A stretch of 64,000 bases of DNA, taken from Camelus dromedarius. Lineage: Eukaryota. The notes below the pieces were generated by a model that saw only the letters and a program-made list of their open reading frames with translations, was not told where the DNA came from and searched no databases. The translations under genes were made by a program, and so were the position numbers. The DNA is taken from assembly GCF_036321535.1 (NCBI RefSeq), contig NC_087438.1:98270001-98334000 (forward strand). Reading direction: 5' to 3'. This document shows, one piece after another, positions 1 to 14,000 of the stretch (the stretch's first letter is position 1; every line of letters starts with the position of its first letter).

Positions 1-157
1 TATAATTTTCTCGCTTGGACCTAGCTCCCTGCCCCCCACCCAGCACAAATCGTACGTCCTAGGAAGGAAAGTCTGGACCTATGTTGAATGAGGATTAACT
101 AGTAGCTCACCTGTTTTGTCAAGGGAAAAAAGGAGGTGTCCTAAGAGGGTGGGAAAA

Positions 158-809
158 TGTTACTGAAGCAGGTTTGCTTGTCCAATGTGCAGTAACCCAA
201 ATGCTGAGAAGCTAAAGTTTGCAGCAGAGAAAGAGTTTATTCACAAGACATCCAAATGAGGACCAGGGAGAACAAATCTCAGATCTGCCTCCCTGAAGGC
301 GAGGGGCTTCGGATATTTATGAGTGAAGGATATAGGGTGGTTGGAGGTGCAGGGGAAGGTGACCGGAGACAGGAAAAAGATGAGGAAATAAATCATTGCT
401 CACTCAGGTGTGTCTGAGTTACATGCTTCTTATGGTTCACATTTTTGGAAAATGGTGGCATTAGCATGGGGAGAGTTTTGGCCCTCTGACCTCACACAGG
501 GCCAGTTGGAGGGTGGTGATTCCAACCAGTCTTAATCAGCTGGAATGTGAACTGGACAAGAACTGACTCTAAGTTCCTGAAAATCAACTTAAACAGCCAT
601 TACTATAGCAACCCATATTTCAGAGGGGGCAGTTACTCACTGGGGGGCAGTTAAAGGAGTCTTGTGACATATTGTCTAAGCTACATGAGGGTATGTAAAT
701 TTGCAGGAACAATTAAGGTGAGCTTGATTGGTGAAGTCAGGTTACATAGTATTATTTATTAAGCAAGTTACACTTCGAGGGATCTAATTGATGACTGCCC
801 TCAGTTTCA
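158..809 (-). mobile_element. Solo ERV LTR
   Basis: TG(158)...CA(809) termini with a 5-bp direct repeat GAAAA at 153-157 and 810-814. On the minus strand, a TATA-like ATAAATA (~314-320) precedes AATAAA (236-241), consistent with U3-R-U5 order. Family not assigned. Confidence 0.7.
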
Positions 810-823
810 GAAAAGCTATGCCT

Positions 824-825
<2 letters not shown>

Positions 826-862
<37 letters not shown>

Positions 863-872
863 CTTATTTATT
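826..872. repeat. (TTTA)n microsatellite / retro-insert tail
   Basis: About 11 near-perfect TTTA units. Confidence 0.9.
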
Positions 873-1194
873 TTTTGGTCTTTTTTTTCCTCCCTTTTAA
901 TACCTGAATGTTAAATTTCAAAATCACACTTTTTTTTTTTCAGAAAGGCTATGCTTTTAAAACAGCCCTCATAAGTCTGAACTTCTGTATTTCTAGGTAA
1001 AGGGCTACATCAAAAATTTTTGAATTCTCACTTTCCTATTTTCCAGAAGCAGCTTCACATCTGCCCCCAGTCCAAACAATGAGGCTTCATCAGACCACAC
1101 TGCCCTCTGTGTATCCTGTTGGTCATGCTCTTATACCCTAAGCCATGCTTAAAGGCCAGACCAGGTCACTGGGACATCCCTGAGGACCAAGATA

Positions 1195-1270
1195 TGAGTA
1201 TAGCTCAGTGTTAAATACACTAACTCTGCAGTTAGACAACCAGAGTTGGAATCCCAGCTCGACCACTGAG
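1195..1270 (+). mobile_element. MIR SINE fragment
   Basis: agtatagctcagtgttaa...gagttggaatcccagctcgaccact resembles the recalled MIR 5' core. Many other MIR/L2 fragments occur in introns (e.g. ~7620-7790, 16665-16795, 28370-28560, 32470-32690, 54690-54860) and are not listed separately. Confidence 0.55.
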
Positions 1271-2759
1271 GTTGCAACAGTAGCCCTTTATTATTTTCTT
1301 CATCAGAGTCTCTGCATTCAGAAGACTCAGGCCACTAAAGCCTGGCTCCTCAGCAAATTCCATCACCTTAGGGAAGACACTCTGGATGAGGGGTCCAAGC
1401 TAAAGGGTCAACAATGGTTTTGCAAAGATTCGGACTCACACCTTGATTCAAAAAATATCTATCATTTATCTATAAAAGTGCCAGGGCTGCTGCAAGCCCT
1501 GGGGTGCAGACATAACCATCATATACTCCCTCAAGCACTCTAGTAGGTGATGGAGGCAAACACGGACCCAGAACTACAGTCCACAGTGAAGAGGAATCTT
1601 ACAGAGGAGAAAACAAGGACTTGTGGGAGCTCTAGAGAAAGGAACAGCTAGCCCCAGCTAGGACATGGGGCTGTTTCTTACAGGGTTAACAGTGTTGCCA
1701 GGCAGATAAGTTCCAAACAAGCAAACAAACAAACAAACAAAACAGTTTGGACAGCTGTAACTGAGCAGACACTCAAACAGAGCATAGATTTTTCCTGGGG
1801 ACTTATCTTCCCCACCAGGAGAAAGATACAGATGTTAAAAGCCAGCCTGCCCCATGAAGAAGGGTACAAGACCCAGATCCTATCCCCAGCCAGAGTATGG
1901 TGCATAGCAGGTGCTCAGTAATCAGCTGTCCAGAGGTTGGATATGTGCTGGACCTGGAGAGAAGAGGTGATGACAGGATGATGATCTCCATTCTAAAAAT
2001 TAGAGGTCTCAGTAAAAATTCTTAAGTGCTACCAGGGTTCTACTCTCTTGGAGCTGTGAAGGGGGTTTGGGAGGAGACAATGTCAAACAATTACACTATA
2101 ACAATGACAGCTGTGAAAAGGGTTATGAAGAAGTGTATGGTGATATACACTCTCATAATTAGGTGCACTGGTCCAGTAGTTCTGAGCAGGGAGGGGACAC
2201 TGGAGTTGAGATTTTGAGCATGGTGTTAAGAGAAGGATGCTGGTTGTAGTGAGGGTGGGATTGCAGAGACAAGGCTCTAGGCAGTGGAACAGCTTGTGCA
2301 AAAGCCTAGAAGAGGAAAAGAGCAGGGCTTGTTTAGGGAACAAAGATCTCAGGAGAGATGAGAAAGGTGAGATTGGAGACGTTAGCAGGTATTAGACCAT
2401 GCAGGGCTTAGTTAGCCATAATTTGGATTTTGAGGGTAAGGAACACGGTTTTTAATTCACTAGTGTTTCCCCATACGCAGTAGATCAGTGGTGCTTAAAA
2501 TTTGATGAAAGAATTACTTTGTCCTAAAAATAATGCGATTCACTTTTATGCAGAACAGTGACATTGTTGCCTAATTTTTCTCACCCGTCTAATGGGGATA
2601 ATTGTCATAGCGAACATTCAGTAAGGTTATGCGCGTCCAGCGTTTAGCTCTTCATAGCCGTGTTATGGGTGAAACGGCTTCCATACCTTCCTAGAACTCG
2701 GGGTAGTTTTGAATGTTTGTTTAGGAAGTGTTAGGGGTAGGGGCGTTATGTTTGCTGGA

Positions 2760-3560
2760 AGGTGGCGCTAGTTTCCGGGGCCGTCGGGGTCGAGGTTGAG
2801 TTACTCTCCTAGATTTGAAGCAGAGAAACCAAAGTGCGGCTGCTCAGAATTCTCTTGGCTTTCCGCCTAGGTCCCACCCTACCTCTAGCCTTCGCACCGC
2901 CCCTCCCGCCCTCGCCCTGCCAGTCCTCTGTTCTCGCTCCTCCTCTCTCCTCCTCTGCCCGCCCCACCCTCCCTTCGCCCCGCCCCGCCTCAGCCGGTGG
3001 CCGCGCCCCCTCGTCCCGCCCCGCCTTCACTTCACTTCGTGCTCCGCCGGCTGGCACCGCCCCTTCCGCCTTGCGCTGCGGCTGCGCGGGCGGTACAGTC
3101 TTTCAGGCCTCTGTTCCCCTTTGCCGGTTCTCATCTTGGTGCAAATTTCCTCCAGCTCCACCATGTGGAGCCGACGGCAGCGCCGCCTCAGGCCGTTGAG
3201 CTGCGGGGTGGAGGAGCTACGGTGCCGCCGGCGGGAGCGAGAGGCAGGTGTGGGCGGGCGGGGGAGCACAGGAGAATGGGGGATGGCAGTAGGAGACGAG
3301 GTGAGGAAGCCCCCTGGGTCAGAGACGAGTTCTGGGTCCTGGGTGCCCCTCCCACGCTCAGCCGGCTCCTTTGCCCCTAGCACTGCGGAAGGCGCGGAGA
3401 GAGCAGCAGCTGGTCAGCAAGAGGCTGCTGAGAGACGAAGACCCGGAGAAAGCTGAAGGATATGTGGCTGTGATCCTTGGAGAAGCCGAGGTGAGGGGGC
3501 AGGGTGCGTGGTGAGGTCAACGCCATCTGGCGGCAGATTCCTTCTCGAGTACTTGAGTTA
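2760..3560 (+). promoter_or_regulatory. CpG-island promoter of TMCO6
   Basis: GC/CpG-rich stretch with repeated CCCGCCC GC boxes (~2900-3030) spanning exons 1-2. Confidence 0.75.
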
Positions 3561-6500
3561 TGACGCCAGACCTGAACGCGGTCCCTTCAACACATCCATC
3601 TATCTAGTGGGCCAAGCCTGAAACCGGGAATTCATCCGAGATAACTCGTGTCCCTCATCCAACATCATCATCCAGTCCGAGATGGTTTTTGGGTGTTTTG
3701 TTTGTTTGTTTTTACCTCCTAAAGAGCTGTGGAGTCTTTACGTGCCCTTGCCAATGCAATTGCCACCATCCTCTTCTCTGCATACTGAAAGCAGGGCTTT
3801 GCATTTTCGGCAACTAAAGTGGGTCTGCAGAATATTAATCATACTAATTGTTTGCTTGTTTTTATAGTTTCTTCACCTGGACTTTAAATCCACAATAACC
3901 TGAACCTTATTTGTCATCATTGAAAACCCAGATGCCTGTACAGCATCTGGCATAGACTCATTTATGGAAAAAGTGAATGAAATAATTTTTTTTTAGTTCA
4001 TTTATTCATTCAGCAAGCCTTGGGCATCCTCCGTGTTTATATTATCTATTTACATATGTAGTTTGCAAAGCACTTACACCTAGGTTATACCATTTATTCA
4101 TGTGTGCTTACTTTATGGCACAACGCCTATGCTGGGTACTGAGATACATAAAGATAAAAAGAGAATCCTTTTCTTTGAAGTGTTTACAGCCCAGTGAAGA
4201 GACAGATATGCTCCCACCTGTCATGATGGAAACATGAGGTACAATAGAAACCCCTGAGTCTGCCAAAGGAAGCCAGAAAGGGCTAACATCCCAGAGGGAT
4301 GGAGGACCTGGAGAGGGTATACTGCGCCGAAAAAATAGATTGTACAAAATTTGAAAGCGTTAAAAAACAAGTCCTGTTGTGGTTGGTGTTGTTGCATTGT
4401 AGGTTGCATGGGGAGAATGGCTGGAGGGGTAGGTTATGCCAGGTTGAGAGGTTTAAATGTTATCCTTAAAATAAGCCAGTAAGAAGTCAGGGTAGATGTT
4501 ATTCTTATTTTTCAGGTGAGAAACTGAGGTGTAGGTCCCCTGTAGAGTAAGTGGCAAGGCTGGTATTAAACCGCGTTCTGAGTACCTCTTCTGTCCACTA
4601 CTGTAAAGTTGGTACATAGCTATATTAGCGTGAATGACAAGTTCTAGGGATTGTGCCATATTGGAGGGCACACGGGAAGTGGGCAGAGCAGGATTCATGC
4701 CTTGCTTTCTGGCAACTGTGTGTTGCCACCTCTCTTCTTCCTGTCCTGGGTCGTAGATCCAGCAGTTCCTTCGGTTAGCCCAGCGGGGGACAGAGGAAAA
4801 GGAGAGAGAGAAGGCTCTGGTCAGCCTTCGTCGAGGCTTGCAGCACCCTGAGACGCAGCAGGCCTTCATCAGGTCAGTGTGGGTGGTATGAGTGGGTGGC
4901 TGGGGCTCTGAGGGATGGATGGGAGCATGGAGGAGAATGGGCCACAGGCTGAGCAGGGCTCTGGTGCTCACTTGTGTAGGCTGGAGGGCAGCATTCGGAC
5001 CCTGGTCGGGCTCTTGACCAGCAACCAGGCCCTGCTGCAGCTGGAGGCGGCTCGCTGCCTTCATGAGCTCTCTCATTCTGAGCAGTCTACAGTGGCTGAG
5101 GCCTGCCTGCCGGCTACTTCCTATCTTCTCACCTACCTCTCCGGTCACAGCTCAGATTTTATAGTAAGCTCTATCCCTTCCTTCCTTATTCTTGGTTTGG
5201 ATTTAAAAATTTGCTTGTGGGTCCAGTTTGAGCTGGCAGCTAGAGAAAAGAAGAAAACCTGTTTCCCCTGATGCCACAGGCATACGTACACCCATCATCT
5301 CCCATTCCTCTGTACCCAGATCCCTAGGGATAGGGATGCTCCATCCACCCCACCCCTACCCCAGCCTGAGACAGGCCAAGCCCAGTGATTTTCTCATCCG
5401 GCTCTCAGGAGCTCTGTCTGTATACACTGGGTAACCTGATCGTGGAGAGTGAGGCTGTGAGAAGGCAGCTCCTGCCACAGGGCATTGTTCCAGCTTTGGC
5501 TGCCTGCATCCAGGTAAGTGTCCATTTCCTTTCCTCCTCCCTGGGCAACCCTCCCGTCATGTCTCTCTACATGCACTGCCTGCTTTGGTTAGGCACCTCC
5601 AGCCTCTGCCCTGTGCTAAGAGGTTTAAAGTCTCAGGAAATCTTACGGCCTGGGTTCCAGAGTCAAATCCCTTCTCTGTCTGCTTCTAGTCCCCCCATCT
5701 GACTGTGCTGGAAGCCCTTGGATACGCCTTGTCCCAGCTTCTGCAGGCTAAGGAAGCTCCAGAGAAGATCATCCCGTAAGTAAAACTGGGTCTTCACATG
5801 TGCAGGCAGGTGTGACCTACTTGTTAGTGTAGCCCCTGGATGCCTGGTAGAGTTTTGTTTCCACGGCTGTTGCACATTTTAGCTCCGTGTGCCTGACTGG
5901 GAGGAGCTTTGGGTTTGGACACTTTGCCACCTGCTGTTAGGGTTTGGGAAGAGTGGCTGGCATCTTGCCTTCTGTGGTTCCTACTCATATCTCTGCTTCT
6001 ACTGGCAGCTCTGTCCTGGGCTCCCCTCTCCCCCAGCACATGCTGCAACTGTTGCAACCTGGCCCAAAGCTGAACCTTGGGGTCGCTGTGGAGTTTGCCT
6101 GGTGCCTTCACTACATAATCTGCAGGTAACACAGGCCAGTTGAAGAAAGTGCCATAGGCCTCCCCTGGAGTTTCCTTCCATGACACTCAGGTTTTTGAAC
6201 TTTGGTTTCTGGAATTGTAGTGGTGGGTTTTCTTCCTTCTGTGGTCCTCTCTTCTTGAAGCCCTGGAAACCCGCAGACCTAGGCCATTTGTTGATTTAAA
6301 GGTAGGATTGGCTCTTCCGGGGACCGTATCTAGAGGCATTCAGAATGGTCCAGTGTTTGACATACTATCATAGGCTTTCCTACAGTACAGCCTCTAACAA
6401 AGCTAGGCTGTCCCAAACTTCTGGTAATAGAATTGTTTACCTTTATACCAAGAAAGTTGGGAAAGCACCAAAATTCACATGCGGCGTGTGCCCAGGCCGA

Positions 6501-8380
6501 CTTCGAGGAGTTCGTGATGTGAGACCTCAAGGTCTTATGAGACTGTCTAAAACAAAAAAGCATGTCAGCTGGGCTTATGATGGTTCCCTGTGTGCTAAAC
6601 GTGTCTGTGACAGGATCAAGTGTGCTTTCCTTATTGAGGAGCAGAAAATCATTGTGAAAGTATTGAAAGCACAAGCACAGAGTCAAAGCTAAATAAAAAA
6701 TGAAGCTTTTTTGAGTGATAAAAAAATGAAACAGCAAAAAAATAAAAAAATAAAGGTAGGATTGACTGAGTAGTGACTACTGGCTTCCTATTGCCCAGCC
6801 AGGTCAATAATGCCCTGCTCATCACCCATGGGGCTCTGTCCACTCTGGGGCTGCTGCTGTTGGACTTGGCTGGGGCTGTCCAGAGAACTGAGGATGCAGG
6901 ACTGGAGCTGGTAGGTGAAGAGGTCAGGTCAAGATCTGGGCAATGTCTCTTCTTACTCTGCTCCTGCTTCCATGTGCAGGTTGCCCCTTGCTCCTTACAC
7001 CTGACCCCCAACTCCTCTTTGCAGCTGGCATGCCCTGTGCTTCGGTGTCTAAGCAACTTGCTAACAGAGGCAGCAGTGGAGGCCGTGGGAGAGCAAATGC
7101 AGCTCCGAGATGAGCGTGTTGTGGCAGCCTTATTTATCCTTCTGCAGTTCTTCCTCCAGAAACAGCCCAGCCTGCTTCCTGAGGGCCTCTGGCTTCTTAA
7201 TAACCTCACTGGTAAGCACTGTAATCTGCCTAGGCCTGGACCATTAGATGCTGGGAATACTTCCTCATGGCCTGGGCTGGGGTGGGTAGCACTGGAACTG
7301 AGGTGGTTTCAGGCCCCAGTTAGAGGAACTTCACCCTGACATTTTCCTTTCCAGCAAACAGTCCTAGTTTCTGCACCTCCTTGCTCTCCCTGGATCTGAT
7401 TGAGCCCCTCTTGCAGTTGTTGTCAGTATCTAATGTGGTGAGCGTATTGGTAGGTATTAAGGTCACTTGGGTCCAAGATCGGGTGGCCTGAGTATAAACA
7501 GTGGGAGCAGACCTAAGCCTCCAGATGTATCCTTAGCTGAGAGCTGGCAGGTGGTGTGGTGTGGATGGCTTCTGGGCCAGACCATCAGTCATAGACCAGA
7601 TGGTCTAGGTGTGTGTCCCTAAACCGTGGTGTACTAGTAACTAACCTTGGGCAAGTCAACTAACCATCTCAAGTGTCAGTTTCCTTATTTATAATTGGGA
7701 ATGGTAATCCTACCTGGGGGTGGCTGAGGTAGGATTTACAGAATATGCATATAAAGTGGTTGGCATAGTGCTTGGGCACATGGTCAGTACTCCATAGTAG
7801 CTATTGTTACAATCTTTGGCTTTCCTCTGTGGGGATGTGTACATGTATCTGACTGCAGGTGCTCACAGTTGTGTGCAACATTGCAGAGAAAGGTCCTGCT
7901 TATTGTCAGCGTCTCTGGCCAGGGCCCCTGCTCCCCTCCTTGCTGGACACATTGGCCTTCTCTGACACTGAAGTAGTAGGCCAGAGTTTGGAGCTGCTGC
8001 AATTGCTGTTCCTCTATCAGCCAGGGGTGAGTTTCTGGCCTTGGTCCCCAGTCCCCCTGTTCTGAAGCCTCTAGTCTCACCCTGGCCCCTTTCTTTCTAG
8101 TCTTAACTTTAGTCACTTCTCTGGGCCAGCTAGCCTAGGCTAGAACTTCTGTATTCTTGTTGGGAATGTGCTATCTTCCAAGAAGAGGTGGGCTAACCTG
8201 TAAGGCTGTGGGAGTTGAGTATTAGGGCTCAGGGACGCTGTGTTGAATCCTTTTTTCCCCACTTAGGCTGTTCAGGCCTTCTTGCAGCAATCAGGGCTGC
8301 AGGCCCTACAGAGGCATGAGGAGGTGGCACAGCTCCAGGATCGTGTGCGTGCTCTCCAGCAGACAGCTCAGCATGGGTGA
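3163..8380 (+). CDS. TMCO6: Transmembrane and coiled-coil domain protein 6 (ARM-repeat, importin-alpha-like), 12 coding exons, 492 aa
   Basis: Exons 3163-3247, 3381-3490, 4757-4872, 4980-5163, 5409-5513, 5690-5775, 6009-6125, 6799-6910, 7025-7211, 7355-7449, 7859-8026, 8267-8380 (1479 nt, all GT-AG). Starts [11 protein letters not shown] in ccaccATG context and ends ALQQTAQHG*. Matches recalled human TMCO6. Confidence 0.96.
3521..3536 (-). promoter_or_regulatory. Candidate CTCF site in TMCO6 intron 2
   Basis: Minus strand reads CTGCCGCCAGATGGCG, close to the CCASYAGRKGGC consensus. Motif match only. Confidence 0.45.
6311..6750 (+). pseudogene. RPL34: Processed (retro) pseudogene of ribosomal protein L34 in TMCO6 intron 7
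   Basis: Intronless ORF 6345-6692 ([13 protein letters not shown]...KAQAQSQS). 5' TOP-like CTCTTCC at 6312, AATAAA at 6692-6697, A-rich tail, and a 14-bp target-site duplication TAAAGGTAGGATTG at 6297-6310 and 6751-6764. Confidence 0.95.
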
Positions 8381-8698
8381 CTTGGCTTCTCCGTGTCACA
8401 TACTCCACTCTTTAACTACCACCCCACCAACTTCCTGGCCCACAGAGCCCCTTTTGAGGGTTTAGAACCATAATGATGTGTCATGCTCTCTGCTCCCACA
8501 TTTGAGCCTAAGCCTTGTCTAAGGGATCCCAGCTCCTCCTCCTTATCACCCAGCATTGTCCAGACAGGAGGGCCAAGAGGGAACTCAGTGGCCTACTTAA
8601 TCTCGGTCCTTGGAATCTCCTCTTTTCTTGTTCTTTCTTTCCCCAGCCTTTTAAAAAATTCTTTTTGTTTCAGCAGCTGATGGCTTTTGATGGGACAG

Positions 8699-8712
8699 AA
8701 TAAAGTTTTATT
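8699..8712. terminator. Back-to-back poly(A) signals of TMCO6 (+, 8699-8704) and NDUFA2 (-, 8707-8712)
   Basis: AATAAA-GT-TTTATT. Confidence 0.8.
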
Positions 8713-8899
8713 TTTATATTCAACTGCTTTGCCTCAGTTGGTTGTACAGTAAGGGGTAGAAGGTGGAATGAGGAACAAAACATCCTGAGAGCATTTTCAG
8801 CCCAAGCTTTATAAAGAACAGAACACATTTGTCCACATTGTACCCAGTCCAGCAGAGCCCAGGCTGTAGGGCTGTTGCTCTTACTCCTCAGCAGAAGCT

Positions 8900-11067
<2,168 letters not shown>

Positions 11068-14000
11068 ATGCCGGAGCGAGATAGTAAGGCTTGGATCATT
11101 TGCCCTTTCTTCCCCGAGGGACTCGGGACACTTGGCGCGTTATTTTGGCCTCAGAGTTTAAGCTGGGTGTGTGTGTGTATGTGAGGCTGGAGGGGGGCCG
11201 GGAGAGTGACGCTTGGAGCATGGCGAGTCCGTTGGGCCCCTAGCGAGGCCAGCAGCTCCAGACTGTCCCTAAACCTTGTCTTTGCCCCAAACCACGACAG
11301 AAGAGTTTTATCTGTGAACAAACCTCAACCTCCATCACTTAATTTGGGGTTACGCCAATTTATCTTTCCGGTAGTATCTTAGATGTTATTTTCAGGAAGT
11401 CTTCGCTGATCCTCTAGAGCTGTTACGGGGCCCCCTACTCTGGGCTCCCGCAGCTCCTTGTATTTTCCTACTTAAGCCCTTGTTACGTTGTATTGTCACT
11501 GTCGCTGTTCTTGCCTTTCTTCCTAACTAGATTGTGAGCAACTTGACAGGAAAATACATTGGTATTTTTACACTATATCCCCATCTTTTGCACAGGACCT
11601 GACAAAAGAAATTGATTAAATTAATGTCAATTCTTTTTCTTAGGTGAGCCGTTCTCCAACCCTTTGGCCCCAGATGGCCACGATGTGGATGATCCTCACT
11701 CCTTCCACCAGTGAGTGTTTTGATGTAGAACCATGGGGATGAGCTGGGTATTAAGTGGTGGTGGTGGTGATGGTGAAAGAATTCTGAATGTCTTGTTAGC
11801 AAGGACAGTAAAAAAAAAAAAAAAAAAAATCATACCACTTGCCCCTTTATCTCTGTGAACTTTAACTGGATCAGGCCAACTGCATAGGAGTATTAAAGGG
11901 GAAATTATGGCAGGGAGAATGCTAGTTTTTAAAATTGATGTTTAAAAAATAAAGTTGATGTTTAATTGCATATTATATAGGAATTAATTATTGTCGACAA
12001 TTAAAGCATCAGGATAAGGTTAATGTTGTCTTTGATAACATCCCCAATTCCAGTCCCTTTCTTGGAGGTAACCAGTGTTACCTTTTTAACTTGTATCTTT
12101 TCTTCCTACTCTTTTTAAATGCATTTATATTCATACATGCATATCCGAGTAAAATATATCATTGCTTGGTGAATTAAAATATTAAAATTAAGTGGTGTTA
12201 TATTGTATATATATCATTTTGCCACCTGCTTTTTTCACCTTCTCAGTATCTTGGACGTTATTTTCATGGCAGTGACAAGGACTCCCCTCTTGACCAAACT
12301 CTAGTCAGTCTTCTCCAAGTCTTCTATTTTGACCAGGCCTGCTGAACCCAGTTTTAGCAAAGAATCCTGCCACAGTATCGAGAATCCCATCAATCAATCA
12401 AGGAGATCCAACAACTCCTCTTGATATCTAATCATATTCCTCTTCCACCCAACCCTTGATGTCCATCCAAGTAATTTTCTATAAATTCCCAATTGTCCCT
12501 GTTGTATTCAGAGTTAAGTTTCAGTCCCTCTCCCTTTTTGCAATAGTTTTGGTTCCTATTATAGTAGTCTTGAATAAAGTCTTCCTTGGGGAAACCTAGC
12601 AGGATTCTTTGCTAAAACTGGGCTCAGCAAGTCAATGAAAAGGCCTAATCAGAAGGGGGCTCAAACAAAGCTTACTAAAGTTTGGTCAAAGAGTGAGACC
12701 TTGTCACTGTACCAGTTAAAATGACCTCTTATACTGTCAGTGCTTTCTTCCCCACATTTGGGAAACACTTTCACAGTTTATTTAGTCTCCAGTTAATGGA
12801 TGTTTAGGTGATTTCCAAGTTTTCATTAGTTTCAAAACTGTAATTCAATCTCTTTCACAGGCCTTCTTATACATGTGCCAGTAATTGGCCAGGTTATATA
12901 TAGATGGAGTTGCTGGGTCATAGGATATTGCACATTTAAATTTTAAGATAGATAACGACCACTCTCCAAATTGTCCAAACTGATTTATATTCCCATCAGC
13001 GATATATGAGAGTATCCACTTCCCAAGTTGTCACTTGTTCTTCATTTAGCAAACTTTTTAATAGTTAACACTCTGATGCATTAAAAGTGGCATATCTTTG
13101 TTTTAATTTACATTTCCCTGATTTCTAGTAATGTGAACCATATTTTTTACATACTCCTTTCCCAGTTCTTATTGGTTACTAATTTTTAAAATTCTTGCCT
13201 TCTAGATCGAAACTCACCAATGAAGACTTCAGGAAACTTCTCATGACCCCAAGGGCTGCACCCACCTCTGCACCACCCTCTAAGTCACGTCACCATGAGT
13301 AAGTTCTGAGGTGATCTAATCTTGTCTTCCATCTCCTTCCTACAGAAAATCTACTGAACTCGATGTCTTAGGAACTAGAAAGCTAGTTCTTTTTTAAAGT
13401 CTATGATTCTGATTCTCTTCCTCTGGAGACTGAATCTATTCCATGGAGCACTTGTACTAGAGTTGCTTCTTTTGCTTAAATGGGTAGATATCTGGGTCCA
13501 TTCCAGCCCGGCAGACTCAGATTCTAGGACACATATTTGGGGGTATATAATTTTAATAGTCCTTCAGTTGCTTGTGATGCTTTCTAAAGCTTCATAACTG
13601 GTTGCCTAGAAGGATGTACATGGATCTCGGCCTGACTGAAACTGGTCAGCTGTTGCTTTGGTCAGTTTTCTAGGCCTTTCTTCAATCCTCAGGGCCACTA
13701 CTTGGGGTTTCTGGGGCTGTGGCAATATTTTGCCATCAGTGAATTTTTTTCTTTTCTAGGATGCCAAGGGAGTACAATGAGGATGAAGATCCAGCTGCAC
13801 GAAGGAGAAAAAAGAAAAGGTGAAGGAAGGATGGAGGAGTATTGGGTTTTAAGGTGTATAGTATTGGGGGAGAGAGGTGGGGGCCAGTTATGAGGCTAGA
13901 GACAGGTTTTCCTTTCTTGTCCTGAGGTTCTCTGCTTTCTCAGTGGAGTGGAATGATATTTAGAATGGCAGTTTAGGGCTTTGGAATTAGCCTGTGGTGT

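Noticed and set aside
1-157. CD14 sequence expected by synteny
   Set aside because: No CD14 exon or promoter recognised. It presumably lies left of the window.
2815-3456. 213-aa and other overlapping ORFs at the TMCO6 5' end
   Set aside because: By-products of a stop-poor CpG island, mostly with non-ATG starts. Only the exon 1 part matches a real protein.
4453-5148. 231-aa antisense ORF over TMCO6 exons 3-4
   Set aside because: Shadow ORF of GC-rich coding sequence with no homology recognised.
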